Below are positions 13,748 through 25,637 of a stretch of DNA of 64,000 bases, piece after piece; the first letter of the stretch is position 1; every line of letters starts with the position of its first letter. Both the position numbers and the translations under genes were made by a program. The DNA lies in contig NMRA01000368.1 in assembly GCA_002633005.1 (NCBI GenBank), positions 1 to 64,000 of the forward strand, written 5' to 3'. The notes below the pieces were generated by a model that had not been told where the DNA came from, did no database searches, and was given only the letters and a program-made list of their open reading frames with translations. Origin of the DNA: Phoronis australis (Eukaryota > Animalia > Phoronida).

Positions 13748-14097
13748 CTGAGGCAAGTTCGAGAGACGACAGGTCGGTTTAGTCTGTAGCACCCGTGCCA
13801 TGAGTATCTGGTCGTGTGGCGAACACGACATGGCGGCCAAAAGTACCTCTGGTTTTCGTCCAACGAGTTTTCTGCGTTCGTTTCATCTGGTGTTTCGTCC
13901 ATGTCTCCCTCGTTATCAGTGTCGTCTTCAGCTAGAGATCTGTCATACTCAACCACCTGCTCTTCTCCGTCCTTGCTGTCGGCCAATTTATCGTCTGCTG
14001 AGATTTCAGAGTCGGCTGCTTTTTCTTCAATGTCTTGGTCCGACTCCCCGGCGTCAAGCCGTCCCACAAAAAGCCCCAGCACGGCGCACAAGATGAT
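13748..14097 (-). CDS. Secreted Cys-rich cationic peptide precursor, coding exon 2: signal-peptide core, acidic propeptide, start of mature domain
   Basis: Acceptor ttctAG, donor CAG/GTACGT (phase 2); IILCAVLGLFVGRLDA-GESDQ...ENQR-YFWPPCRVRHTTRYSWHGCYRLNRPVVSRTCL. Confidence 0.9.
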
Positions 14098-14673
14098 CTA
14101 GAATTGTCAATAGAAAACATTTTTGTAACTAAACTACGACGTCCTTACGTTGTCAAGCTAACCTTCTCTATGACGTCACCGTCATTGTCATTTTCATGGC
14201 CATCATCAGTATCTTTATTGTTGTTGTTTATGTTGTTGTTAAAACAATAAGTATAAACCGCTTTAAATTTGACAAATGTATTCACAGAACAAAATGATAG
14301 ACTGGATTTCAAACCTCGAAAGTGAGCGCGTAATGTGTCAATACGTGTTTTCAGTGCAACTGAAAAACCATGAAAGCACTTCCCAAAACTAAATTCATGG
14401 AAAGCGTTAAAATTTTATATTTGGATCTGAAATTGAGTATCCTGTCGTTTTGTCGATTCTAATTTTGATTGGATGAACACTTTTTAAGGTTTTAAAGTGG
14501 ACAGGGTTGACGTTTTAGTTTGTACATGTACGAGAGGTTAAAGAGAAACTCCTCAAACTTGTGGACTTAGGCTAATCGGATCACGTAAGTTTTAACATCA
14601 GGCTACATTTTGTGCAAAATGACATAGTTATATCAAACACAATTTCTAAGTTTAGATAAGAATGCATGAATAC

Positions 14674-14996
14674 TTAAAACGATACCAAACCCGGCTGTGG
14701 GAAATTAATAAATGCTAAAGACGACTTTCCCGTCCAGTGTTCTCTAACACGAAATAATGTCATGTAACCCTCGACAACCCTCAAAAGACTGCTAAACGGG
14801 CAAGTGTGACATACGCTTTTAGCGAATTACACGACAACTGTGGGAAAAAGACTACCCACAAATTTGAGAAATAAGGGGTTTGAGTTTTTAGTCAATTCGT
14901 GTTTTTATCTTTCAACATTGACGCCAATAATGCATTAACAGGTGACAGAACGAGGATTGGTGGAAATCATCAAAACAAGATTTCTCATCCCTTTAA
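14674..14996. mobile_element. TTAA-flanked MITE in the intron between coding exons 1 and 2 of the peptide gene
   Basis: Reverse-complement homolog of 34080-34425 (shared catgtaaccctcgacaaccctcaaa and gaacgaggattgg); TTAA at both ends. Confidence 0.75.
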
Positions 14997-15030
14997 AGTA
15001 ACTGAAAGTTTAGTTTGAATCCAGTCAGTA

Positions 15031-15108
15031 ATTTGTGAGATATGATGTTAGCCAGCATTTGTGAGATATGATGTTAGCCAGCATTTGTGAGATATGATGT
15101 TAGCCAGC
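15031..15108. repeat. 26-bp tandem repeat x3
   Basis: atttgtgagatatgatgttagccagc x3, perfect. Confidence 0.95.
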
Positions 15109-15347
15109 ATTTTGCCACGGTTGATGCTCTTAAAGCCTAAATCCATTTATTCTAATGTCTACGTTATATCTTGGTTGCAAAACATGTCTTAACCTAAAAG
15201 GCTTTACCCTAACGGTGGTCTTAAATCTGTCACTCAGTTACGAAGTGTTATGTCAATATGGTAGAAATTTCATGACAGAAAATTAACGACGATTAAAATA
15301 GTTTTGAGTCGCCACTTGACATAAATTTGATGGTCCGCTCAACTTAC

Positions 15348-15359
15348 CAAAGTCTTCAT
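15348..15359 (-). CDS. Secreted Cys-rich cationic peptide precursor, coding exon 1 (MKTL)
   Basis: aacaATG AAG ACT TTG/GTAAGT; phase 0 joins IILCAVL to give signal peptide MKTLIILCAVLGLFVGRLDA; possible acceptor tttttAG at 15391-15392 suggests an upstream non-coding exon. Confidence 0.8.
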
Positions 15360-15904
15360 TGTTCGTTGCTTGCCAAGTCGATGACGGCGTCTAAAAATGT
15401 GTCGACAATGCTGATTCTCCCTAATTTAAGGACAGTCAGATTGTCTGCTGAGCCAATCATAACGCAGATTTGTAAAAACAGAGATTATTTTTAAAAGACA
15501 ACGAGTTTGTAGGCGTAACACAGAAGAAATGAACAATGATTTTCGAATTGTTTGACTATCTGTATTGCCGAGGGCGGAGATTCTCAGGTGATTGGATAGA
15601 TTTTTGAACACCTAAAACAGTGCGATGGCTTGATCTGTCAAAGTCGTCGTTTAAATGAGTGACACCCATCAACTTAGCTCGAAAATGTCATTAGATTTGA
15701 AAACAAATCGCTTCAGCGTTTCCTGTAACTGATACCGCGTGCTTTTTATGACGTCACGGCTTGATTTTGACATATTTTTCAGTGATGTGTTTAATATTAG
15801 CTCAGTGAATCTGTGAAACGCACCTCCCAACACAAAAAACTAAGTTTTGATTTAGATCACTTACTACCGTCCTGAAATTGGTCTCAAGTTGTTCCTTTGG
15901 GAAA

Positions 15905-17069
15905 TTAAAGCAGTATGCCACCCAAAAACAACCCATTTTGTATCAATTTAGATCTAGTAGTTCTACTCGATAACGGCCCGTTCGGTTGCGTTACCTGACA
16001 CCTGACGGCAGACGGAGGTGTTGAAATTATCCAATGAGGTTTCACACGCAGTCTGCTCAGCAGTTCAAAACAGGGGTTACTGGTGTCAGGTTATCGCTTG
16101 AATTCATCGTTTAACACCAATAAATAATCGAACTTCGATGTAAAACCCTTAAAAATACACCGAGTTCTTATCAAAACGTGTTGTTTTATTTCGCTGGTTT
16201 AGATTTATTTCTATTTGGACACACCGTAGCCTACAAAGTTCGGCAGGCCAATTTACCAAGGTCCATAGCAGGAGTTTGGGGTCTGTTCGGAGATAAATTC
16301 GAAGTATTCTTCCGTGAAATACAGACAGGAGAACCCAAAACTGTGTTGTTTAGACTGATGATTTTTTGAGTTCTAAACACACAAAACGCTTGTTATCCCG
16401 ACCAGGGCTCAGAACTCGATCAGGCGTGTCGCGGCCGGACTGACTCGTTATCCCGGCCAGTGGCTTGGAACCCGATCAGACCCGTCGCGGCCTCCGGGAC
16501 TGACAAGAACATAAACCAGCTTGAGTTGGAAACTATACCAACAGTCAGGAAAAGACTATAATAGTGAGCCAAAGAAATAATGGGAATTAGCCACCAAACT
16601 GAAAATCTAGGCCTACTTACTAATTGTCGGTTGCCGCAAAGTCGGGTTCCCCTTGCAGAGACCGTCAGGGCGAAGGTTGTACAGTAACAATGATTTGAAT
16701 AATGCATTTGTATTTCTGAAATAAAGATTATCCTAACATGTGACCATAGATATAAAATCGAGTAATTGTTTCACAACAGCTTTCTGTCAGCTAACACTGA
16801 ATTAGCATGCGCTCACCCGGCCTCGGTGTCCGGTCATTGCCGGCATCAAAACCCGGTAATTAACGCAATGGTTTATTCATTGCTGGCTTCTCAACATTTG
16901 CACTCACAAATACTGCAAAGGCATTACAAATTGTCTCGTTTCTCACTTTCCTCACAGGTTAATGCGACACCTCTCTGCATGGTGAGGTCGACAGGATAAG
17001 AGGCGATGTGGATATAGAACGATTAAGACTGTAAAAAGACTAATTAAATCGGGTGGCATTCTCCTTTAA
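15905..17069 (+). mobile_element. Kolobok-like non-autonomous DNA transposon (~1.16 kb)
   Basis: TTAA-agcagtatgccaccc ... gggtggcattctcct-TTAA imperfect terminal inverted repeats; second partial copy at 3620-4013. Confidence 0.75.
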
Positions 17070-18696
17070 ATCTTGCTGCTTGCAAGCGTGACGTTGAAAT
17101 TTGGCAGGAAATTCAACTACCCTTGAGACACTTTGGATTTGTAAAAACCTAGCTGCTTGACACCTACTTTTACCTGATTTCTATCATCTGGAGATTTTTG
17201 TAAGTTTGAATTCATAGTAATTGCATGCAAATGGTTTGAAAACTGTTGATTTGGTGTATTTTTGTTCGTTTCTAGAAAATTGATTTTGGAATCGGTTTCA
17301 AAAGACTTTGTGCATTTTTAAACATTTGGACCAGTATAATGTTCATATTTTCAGGTTAAGCACATCTTGTGCAACAGACCGTTTTAGTTGCCAACTTAAG
17401 ACCTGGTTTTTCAAGCTCAAAGGCAGAAAAAAACTGTGGAGTGCCACCTTTACACGGCGATCTTCAGTTTGCACAGTCAAGTGGAATTGGGTGATTATGT
17501 CTTCGACCATCATAGGAGTATCTGGCGTTGGCTGGGGGGAGGCACTATATTGACAAAGCTTTGCCCGCATAATACCCAACCGATCGCCTCCAGTCACCCA
17601 CTCCTCACTTCTTTTGTGTCTTTCCGGTTATTTGGCCATTAGATGCTCCGCTGCCCAATTTTTTTCTTGTCCTGTCTGAATTTTCCTTCACCCCCCTGCA
17701 TTAACCAATACACCTGTGGAGGAGAAGCACACCGTCGCAAACTTATTTTACACAGTGTGAATTTGAAGGACTTAGGACTTTCGATACGCCGCAACGGGAC
17801 ACATTTTTGAATTCCATGAGCTTTGTTATTTGGCTCGACTCGTGAAACACTAGTCGAATACCGTACCTACGGCAATCGCAAAACAACGGCAATGAACGTT
17901 TCAATCCTCAATCATATACTGTGGGTTCATCTTGGTGTATTTGGGTATTGTTCCTTTCCAAATGCGCCATATCGGCTTCATATAACGATATAAAGTGCCA
18001 CAAACTCAGATTACATTGCAACCAACCACGTTAAAACCTATTGAAGTAATATTTCCTTATTTTGATATGGTTCACCGAACACATCAGAACGATCAGATAA
18101 AAAGCATAGCCACCTGTGTGAGACGACTATCACAATTCTATTTATCAGGAATCCAGATCGCCTAGGGTTATAATACTTTGCATACCTCATTCCCATATTT
18201 TTGCAGTCTGAACAAAGAGTCAATTTCACGTAAATAACCAGCGAAATAAGCGAGGAGTGTCGCTACTGTCTGTATTCTGAACATTTCTGAAAGACGTTTG
18301 TTAAAATCAAAGCGCTTCAACATTTTGTAAATACGACACAGAGACTGGATGGCAGGGTTATTGTGACGATCGTGCCACCCTCAACGGCACTAACTATCCA
18401 TGCAGAACTCATTGGCGGCAAACTATTGGCTTTATTGCGTGTGTATCTGTGTGCCACGTACAACGCGGAAAAAACAGCCGATAGACATTTTTGTCCATAT
18501 TTGAAAGAAAAAACCGAAAGAGAATATTTTTATTTAATCAGGAAAGTAATTATACAAAAATTGTGCAGGTGGTCTGGTACACGATGCATCAGACACGTGC
18601 AGGCCATCTATCCGGGCCCATTTCACCGGACACCTGAAACCATTTGTTTGTTTTATTAATATACACATATAACTCTCATGCACACAGACTAAGACC

Positions 18697-19947
18697 GACT
18701 TGTGAAACTAGAGACACGACTCAAGGGTTTCTCAGTGGGGTCTAGTGAATTATGAACCCCGACCTTGAGAACAGGAGATGGACACTCAACGCACCGGGCC
18801 ACGCTGCCTCCTCTAAACATACAATACGCAATATAAAAATGCTTTATTGACAAGGTTAGCCAGATATTTACAAAACTGTAGATCTTAACTAAACAGCTCT
18901 ATGTTTTCTGGAGGTGAAGAGCCTATAGAATTTGATTTTTTGTTTTTTGACCAATCTGCCATTAGTTGAGTTACACGACCATGTTTATTCAATGGAATTT
19001 ATCAAAAAGAAATGTACATTTATAGCATAACAACGGTATTGGTGACATGGCCAAATTTAATTGATAGAAATTTTGGAGATTATATCTCAGAAAATGTGAC
19101 AGTTTTCTAAAACATCATGTCGTTTTCATTTTATGCAACTTTAGACTTTTTTATGAAGCATTTCTGAAATATGATTTTCCAAAGTAAACCAAGTTTGGAA
19201 ATTTTCTAGTGTTCTACATAACCCAAAATGAGTCTGGTCTGAAGCTACAACGAATTGTCATTAGCTCTTCTCAAGCTTAGAACTCATTTTGAATCTGAGC
19301 AAGGAACAGAAACGAGATGGANGACTTGTGAAACTAGAGACACGACTCAAGGGTTTCTCAGTGGGGTCTAGTGAATTATGAACCCCGACCTTGAGAACAG
19401 GAGATGGACACTCAACGCACCGGGCCACGCTGCCTCCTCTAAACATACAATACGCAATATAAAAATGCTTTATTGACAAGGTTAGCCAGATATTTACAAA
19501 ACTGTAGATCTTAACTAAACAGCTCTATGTTTTCTGGAGGTGAAGAGCCTATAGAATTTGATTTTTTGTTTTTTGACCAATCTGCCATTAGTTGAGTTAC
19601 ACGACCATGTTTATTCAATGGAGTTTATCAAAAAGAAATGTACATTTATAGCATAACAACGGTATTGGTGACATGGCCAAATTTAATTGATAGAAATTTT
19701 GGAGATTATATCTCAGAAAATGTGACAGTTTTCTAAAACATCATGTCGTTTTCATTTTATGCAACTTTAGACTTCTTTATGAAGCATTTCTGAAATATGA
19801 TTTTCCAAAGTAAACCAAGTTTGGAAATTTTCTAGTGTTCTACATAACCCAAAATGAGTCTGGTCTGAAGCTACAACGAATTGTCATTAGCTCTTTTCAA
19901 GCTTAGAACTCATTTTGAATCTGAGCAAGGAACAGAAACGAGATGGA
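18697..19947. repeat. 625-bp direct duplication flanking a single N (19322); probable haplotype-overlap artefact
   Basis: 18697-19321 vs 19323-19947 identical apart from about three substitutions. Confidence 0.9.
18724..18810 (-). mobile_element. tRNA-derived SINE head (duplicated at 19350-19436)
   Basis: - strand gcagcgTGGCCCGGTGCGTTGAG...GGTTCATAATTC resembles degenerate Pol III A and B boxes; no clean cloverleaf seen. Confidence 0.5.
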
Positions 19948-21318
19948 CTTTGTAACGGAAGTGGCCGAAATTGAATTTTACAAAACTCATCATCGCTTAT
20001 TCGCCAGTCTGTAACAATCGTCGCCTTTCTTCTGTCTCAATTACATTGCCCATTCGAATCCATTTAGTGTGATGCGTCGCATACGTATGGATATAACAAT
20101 TAGTACCAGCAAACGAAGGTCTTGTTGATGTCATTACAACCCGAAAGACACCGATCGAGTATGTTTATACTTCAACTTCATCCAGAATACCTCGGGTATT
20201 TTTGTAGCCACACATTTAGCCTCAGATGTGAACGTTATCTGCTGAAGTGGGAACTTCAACCTTACGGTCTACCATTTTCCAGTTGAAAATCACGTGACTT
20301 GCCCTATGACTGTTCACATATGCGCAAATGCCGTTGACTTCAGAGGGGAAATTTGAGGCTAATAAAATACCCTAGATAATACAGATGTCATCGGAGGTGC
20401 AAACTTTAATCATAAGAGCAAACCGATTTAGTATAGAGACGGTTAAAATTATGGTTTCCGTCTAGCACGATCTAAAAGTCAAACGCGCAGTCATTCTCAA
20501 TCTTTAGTCTGCCTCCGGATGAACTGTTAACTCATCTATAAGACAAATACCTCAGTGTATCCCGACGCATTCGAAGACATTCTCTATTTTGAGAGTCACG
20601 TGACTTGCTCAACAGACGTCACACACGCGCAGATGCGAAGTACCTCCAAGGGCATCCGGAGCACTTAGAGTATTTGCGTGACCTCAAATTATTGCTTGGG
20701 AGTGTTTCGTGCCCATAAATATGCTGACTTCAATTAGAGCATCAAAGGGATGTGACCAACAGGTCATGGCTATCTGCCTAACAGGTCTCAAAAGACGTAT
20801 GAGACGTCGTTTCCTCGTGGTCTGCCTGCCGTCCACTGAATCGCACGGCTATTCCGGCGTATTCGTCGGCATCCTACTTTTCCATTGTCAAACGCCTTAT
20901 GATGTGACTGAAGTTCCACCATGTTCAGCATATGAAACACCTCCGAGAAAAGCTGAGGCTACAAAAAGTATCCAAGGTGTTCCGCTGACTCAAATTGTAA
21001 CTCGGAGGCGTTTTATATAAGTGCATGTGCGAACTTTAAGCACTAAAGAAAGTCACGTGGCTTTTAAAATGGCGAATGTTGCAGTTTTTCAAATTTTTGT
21101 ATTTTGGACTTTGCCCACCACAAATCTGGGAAAGGTCACCCAATTAGTATTTTCATTATAGCCGCCTGAACAAATTCTCCTCCGACAAAAACATAAAATT
21201 TACATGCCTTTGGGTTACTGAAAAGCCACCTCCAATTGAACTGAAGATATTAATGTTTTTGAACAGGGAGTTCTTTCATAATGTCGGATTTACGTTTTAA
21301 TGGCATGTAACATATATC

Positions 21319-21475
21319 CAGCCTCCCGTTCAGTGACGCTAGGACCTCGCTAAAAAGCAAGACTTCGCGAGATTACGTGAGATATTGCCGTGTATTGTAA
21401 ATAAGAACACGTGACTGTTGACTAGGTTTTAGCTACATGTACATGTAGGTCCTAGCGTCTACTGAACGCACGCCC
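21319..21475. mobile_element. Short MITE (family also at 24696-24852, 54669-54749, 62291-62404)
   Basis: Shared core ctcgctaaaaagcaagacttcgcgagattac; inverted ends cgttcagtgacgctagg / cctagcgtctactgaacg. Confidence 0.75.
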
Positions 21476-23673
21476 GGTTTGCTGCTTTCTTACATTAGCC
21501 CAATTAACCTTTTTCTGGGTTATGAGTACTTCAAATTGTAATACTTTGACTTCTTCACATAAAGTCACACCGTTATTTGTTCTTCTATGTTTTATGTCGA
21601 TATCCGTTTCTCAATGATAGAAGAAAAATAGGGGGTCGATAAATTTTCCTAGTTTAGTTCAACTAGAGTACCCTGATAATGCACAATTTGATCTCAAAAA
21701 TGCAAGTTTCAAGAGTTAAGTCGCACAAATGTCTATATTCCTTAGTGTTCAGTGTGACGTTATTGTGAAATTTGGTGTCTCACACAATAAAAAACACAAC
21801 AAAAATCAAACTGAAAAATTTGTTATTTGAAAAAAAATCAAATGAATCTTAAATTAATCAAGGTTGTAAAACTACGACTGTTTTGCCGTTGTTTGGCAAA
21901 CTGTGTCGCATCACTTAAACAAGAGTTAACGGTTCATCAAGAGGTAGATCAAGGAATGAGAATGACATGTCAGGCTGACAGTTGTCTTTTGGCCTAATCT
22001 CTTTTAAGTTTGTAACTGCACAGATTTGAAACACTTTCGAGAGCATTAGGAAAACCTGGGGGTATTTGCGTAGCCTCAAAATTTCCCTCGAAAGTGAACG
22101 TTGTCTGCGCATGTGCAAACTTCACTCATGCAGCCAATCATTTTCTGGTTTGAAAGTCGCATGACCAATGAGATAAATATTACTAGAGTTGACATCACGT
22201 GGTTTTCGTTGAGCGGAGAGGTCCGCCATCTTGTTAATGAACCATGTTCATCGAGATGCGTGTGTACTGTGTGGTATCTAGGAACTAATGTTGGTAACAA
22301 CACGGGATTTCAAGTAAAAACTCATAGCTTTAATGTCAGGATCATCAAGTGCAAACTAGGATTTTTAGAAAATTATCCAATAAATTCATTGGATACTTGA
22401 GCACAGAATTAAAAGGTCTTAACACTTGTTTTTAGTTATAGCAGAAAACATCAAAATAAAGTTTGACTTCTGGTATTAGACCCAGAATTATTGATTTAAT
22501 TTTTTGGTCTTTCGAGGCTTTAAAATTGAAACTGAAATAGAATGATTTTGTGGGTGAGAATCCGATCGCAGGACAATATTGTTCAACTTCATTTGGTCCC
22601 TAGAACACCCATTAAAGTCGAGTTTTCGTGGTCTTTTACCTGACTTTCCTTCTTAGTTCGATGTGGGTTTAGTGACCTTATGGTCTTTCCAAGATATCTG
22701 TTGTTTTCTAGCAACGGAGAAGAACAAAAAATGACTACAAGATTAATAGTTGGGCATAGTGAATACCAATTCGAAAATTTATTAAATATAGCCAGGTTAT
22801 TGGGAACAGGGCAGGATCGAAGGAAGAAATACCGCAAGAATACTACACCCCACAATGTTATTGGGACGGTAGATGGGTTGTTTCTGTAGATTTCAAGAGA
22901 TGGGACAAATATTATGTAGCCTGGCAAGCTATTAAAATCTGTAACTGTCTTACTTGAGGAAAATCATCATTTTTATATTCTGTCCTGTTTATGATCTGCT
23001 ACTTACAGTGTACCAATGCCTGGGTATGTAGGACAGAGCTTTGTCATATTTTTTGTAGCGGAGTGTTGTCAGTATAAGTGTACTAGTAACAACATTGTGT
23101 GCCAGCAAATGTCAGATCCAACTGAATGTGAGGGATTAAATAAGAGTTGGTTGACATCTGACTTTTGCTGAAGTGAAGTGCATGTACCAGTACGGTACAG
23201 TAACTTTGTACCAGCTAGACATTTCCCTTTTACTGTCACAGTGTGATTTTACTGCGTGATGGTGATATTTTGAAATAAATATATTTTGTAATAAATGAAA
23301 ACTTTATTGTTTGAAATGGTTACAGTATCTCGTTGTGTAGTTTCTGAGTGAACATTTTTGTTGTTGTTCTCGTTCCGGATGGCCGATCAGATAGAAGTGT
23401 GCTTGTTATTTACAGAAAAAAATCTGCGATTCCGCACATCATGGGCGGATAAAATAGGTACATTGATTGGTGTAACAAAATAATATTGGTAAAAATTAAT
23501 AGTGCGAACGTCTTTTGAAAACTCTAGTTCCGCTTATATACATTGCAGCCGGCGTATTGTTTTACAACAGAGTCTATGACACATCTGACTCAACTGTGAG
23601 ATCATGTCGTTTCAAACTGTACAAATTACCAGTTCACCACGCTAAGATGAATTAGGTATTAGAACAAGTAATA

Positions 23674-24027
23674 CATTTGCGAATTTAGGGGGCAGGGCCC
23701 CCCTTGGCTGCTGCAAAAAATAAAACAGCAAGAGCGTGAGGAAATATTGAGTTTATTAATTAACCCCGACAATTATCATGCGGCTGAGACAATATTTAAC
23801 GTGGGCAGTTGTATTTTGTTACAGTGGGTGTGTGCGTGTGTGTGTGTGGAGGGGGGCTCCTATTGCAAGTGTCCGTGCCAGACCACCGTTTTCCCGTTTT
23901 TTAGTCCTATGTTTGTTTTTCAGTGAAAGGTCCATATTTTCAGAAATTCGAGCCCCCCAAATTTTGGGCTGGATGCCCGACACAAAGTGTTGTCCCCCTT
24001 ATCAGTGATATCCTAGATCCGCCACGG
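23674..24027. mobile_element. MITE with 5-bp TSD (TAATA)
   Basis: Ends catttgcgaatttagggg and cctagatccgccacgg; TAATA on both flanks; inverted homolog of 38184-38507. Confidence 0.8.
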
Positions 24028-24695
24028 TAATACTATATAGTTAAATAAAAGTTATGAGCGTATCACTGAAGTAATTTTCCTTGAGATAACTCAGCACCCC
24101 TTACATGCTTTTATTTTTTTGAAAAACTTCTGCATATTGATGTAATTATTCCTTGGTATAGCCTGAAGTAGACAATTCCAATCACCTTTCGAGGACGAGT
24201 ATGTGCAAATGCATACTTCGGACCTCCGGCTTCGGCCGTCCAAGCAGAGGTGTTCACCGGCACACCCAATACAGTTTGTTTTTGGTGTCACTTGTGCATT
24301 CTTTTTTTATTGATATTCTTAATGTTACCATATCAGTTTCTATAACTCTATTCTTTTGCAAAATTTTACTCCCAACTTTTATTCAAATTGGCCTATGCCC
24401 TCAATTTCGAATATGCACATGTACACAAACATGTACACTTCCATTGGTCAATTGTTGCATACAATGACACGACTTCACATGCACGCATACTTCTGTTTGT
24501 ACGCTCATCGATTTCCATGGGTTTCTATTAAATTTTCTTCTACTTAGTGTTCAAGTGTTTCACACGAACGCATGCCTCAAATCTTTTTGTTAGAATAAAT
24601 CATGTGGCGTCGGGTCAAGGAATTTTTAGGACCATACTAAAAACTTGGGGATTACAGTTATGTGATGGCGCGCCGGAGAGCGGCCCCCTTGACAG

Positions 24696-24852
24696 CTGCC
24701 TCCCGTTCAGTAACGCTAGGACCTCGCTAAAAAGCAAGACTTCGCAAGATTACGTGAGATAGTGCAGTGTATTTTAAATGAGAACACGTGACTTTGACTA
24801 GATTTTAGCTAGGTCCTAGCGTTGGTCCTGGCGTCTACTGAACGCACGCCTG
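24696..24852. mobile_element. Short MITE, same family as 21319-21475
   Basis: Near-identical gcctcccgttcagtaacgctaggacctcgctaaaaagcaagacttcgc...ctactgaacgcacgcc. Confidence 0.8.
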
Positions 24853-25497
24853 ATCGTCTTGTCGGTTTATAAACAACTGAAAAATAGGTACTATACAAGT
24901 ATAACGACGAAAAAGGTTAATCATGTTGCTGCATAATATCATTTTCTAAACTTTATACATTTCAATGATTGTCTTTCGACTGAGCAGGCAAAACTTCCCA
25001 GGCCCTAGCAGCACTCCGTGAGAATTTTAGCCAACGCATTAGGAATTTTGTCTTTGCAATGTCTTATATGACCGTTTAAGCAATGCAAGGGTAACATATT
25101 TACATTGCTTTGTGTTACGAATATTTCAAAACCTCGTTAGTATTTAAAATTTCAAATTTTATTCCGAAAATTCCCCGGCTTCCATAAGGCCACCGTGCTT
25201 TTGTTAACATAAGCGTTCATCATCAATATGGCGGACCAGGTGTCACGCGCTGTCTGGCTTGCGAGTACAGTCGTGTCACCTCTGTGTGTATAGCTCATTG
25301 CGCATGACTTACAGCTTAACTGGAGTCTGCACATGTGCAGATAATTTTCACCTCTGAGGCACATTTGAATCTATAATGCCCGAGATATTCCGGAGAGACT
25401 TGAGGGCCCTACGAAAATATTAACTCTTCATAGCTGATTCTTCGTGATAAATTGTCTCCAACTGGTAACGGATCTCCCTGAGCAGATGCAGAATGAG

Positions 25498-25637
25498 TTT
25501 TAGTCGCCCTCATTCAAGCAATATAAACACTATTTTACTCGCCCTCATTCAAGAAATATAAACACTGTTTTAGTCGCCCTCATTCAAGCAATATAAACAC
25601 TGTTTTAGTCGCCCTTATTCAAGCAATATAGACACTG
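25498..25637. repeat. 35-bp minisatellite x4
   Basis: ttttagtcgccctcattcaagcaatataaacactg repeated four times with few substitutions. Confidence 0.95.

Noticed and set aside
13800-14250. + strand ORFs overlapping the peptide exon
   Set aside because: Antisense shadows of the acidic coding exon (Ser-rich, no independent features)
17343-17600. Additional LINE 3' fragments (HSFFLP here; WNKLP near 29130)
   Set aside because: Only 5-6 residue resemblances, too weak to call without a repeat-library search
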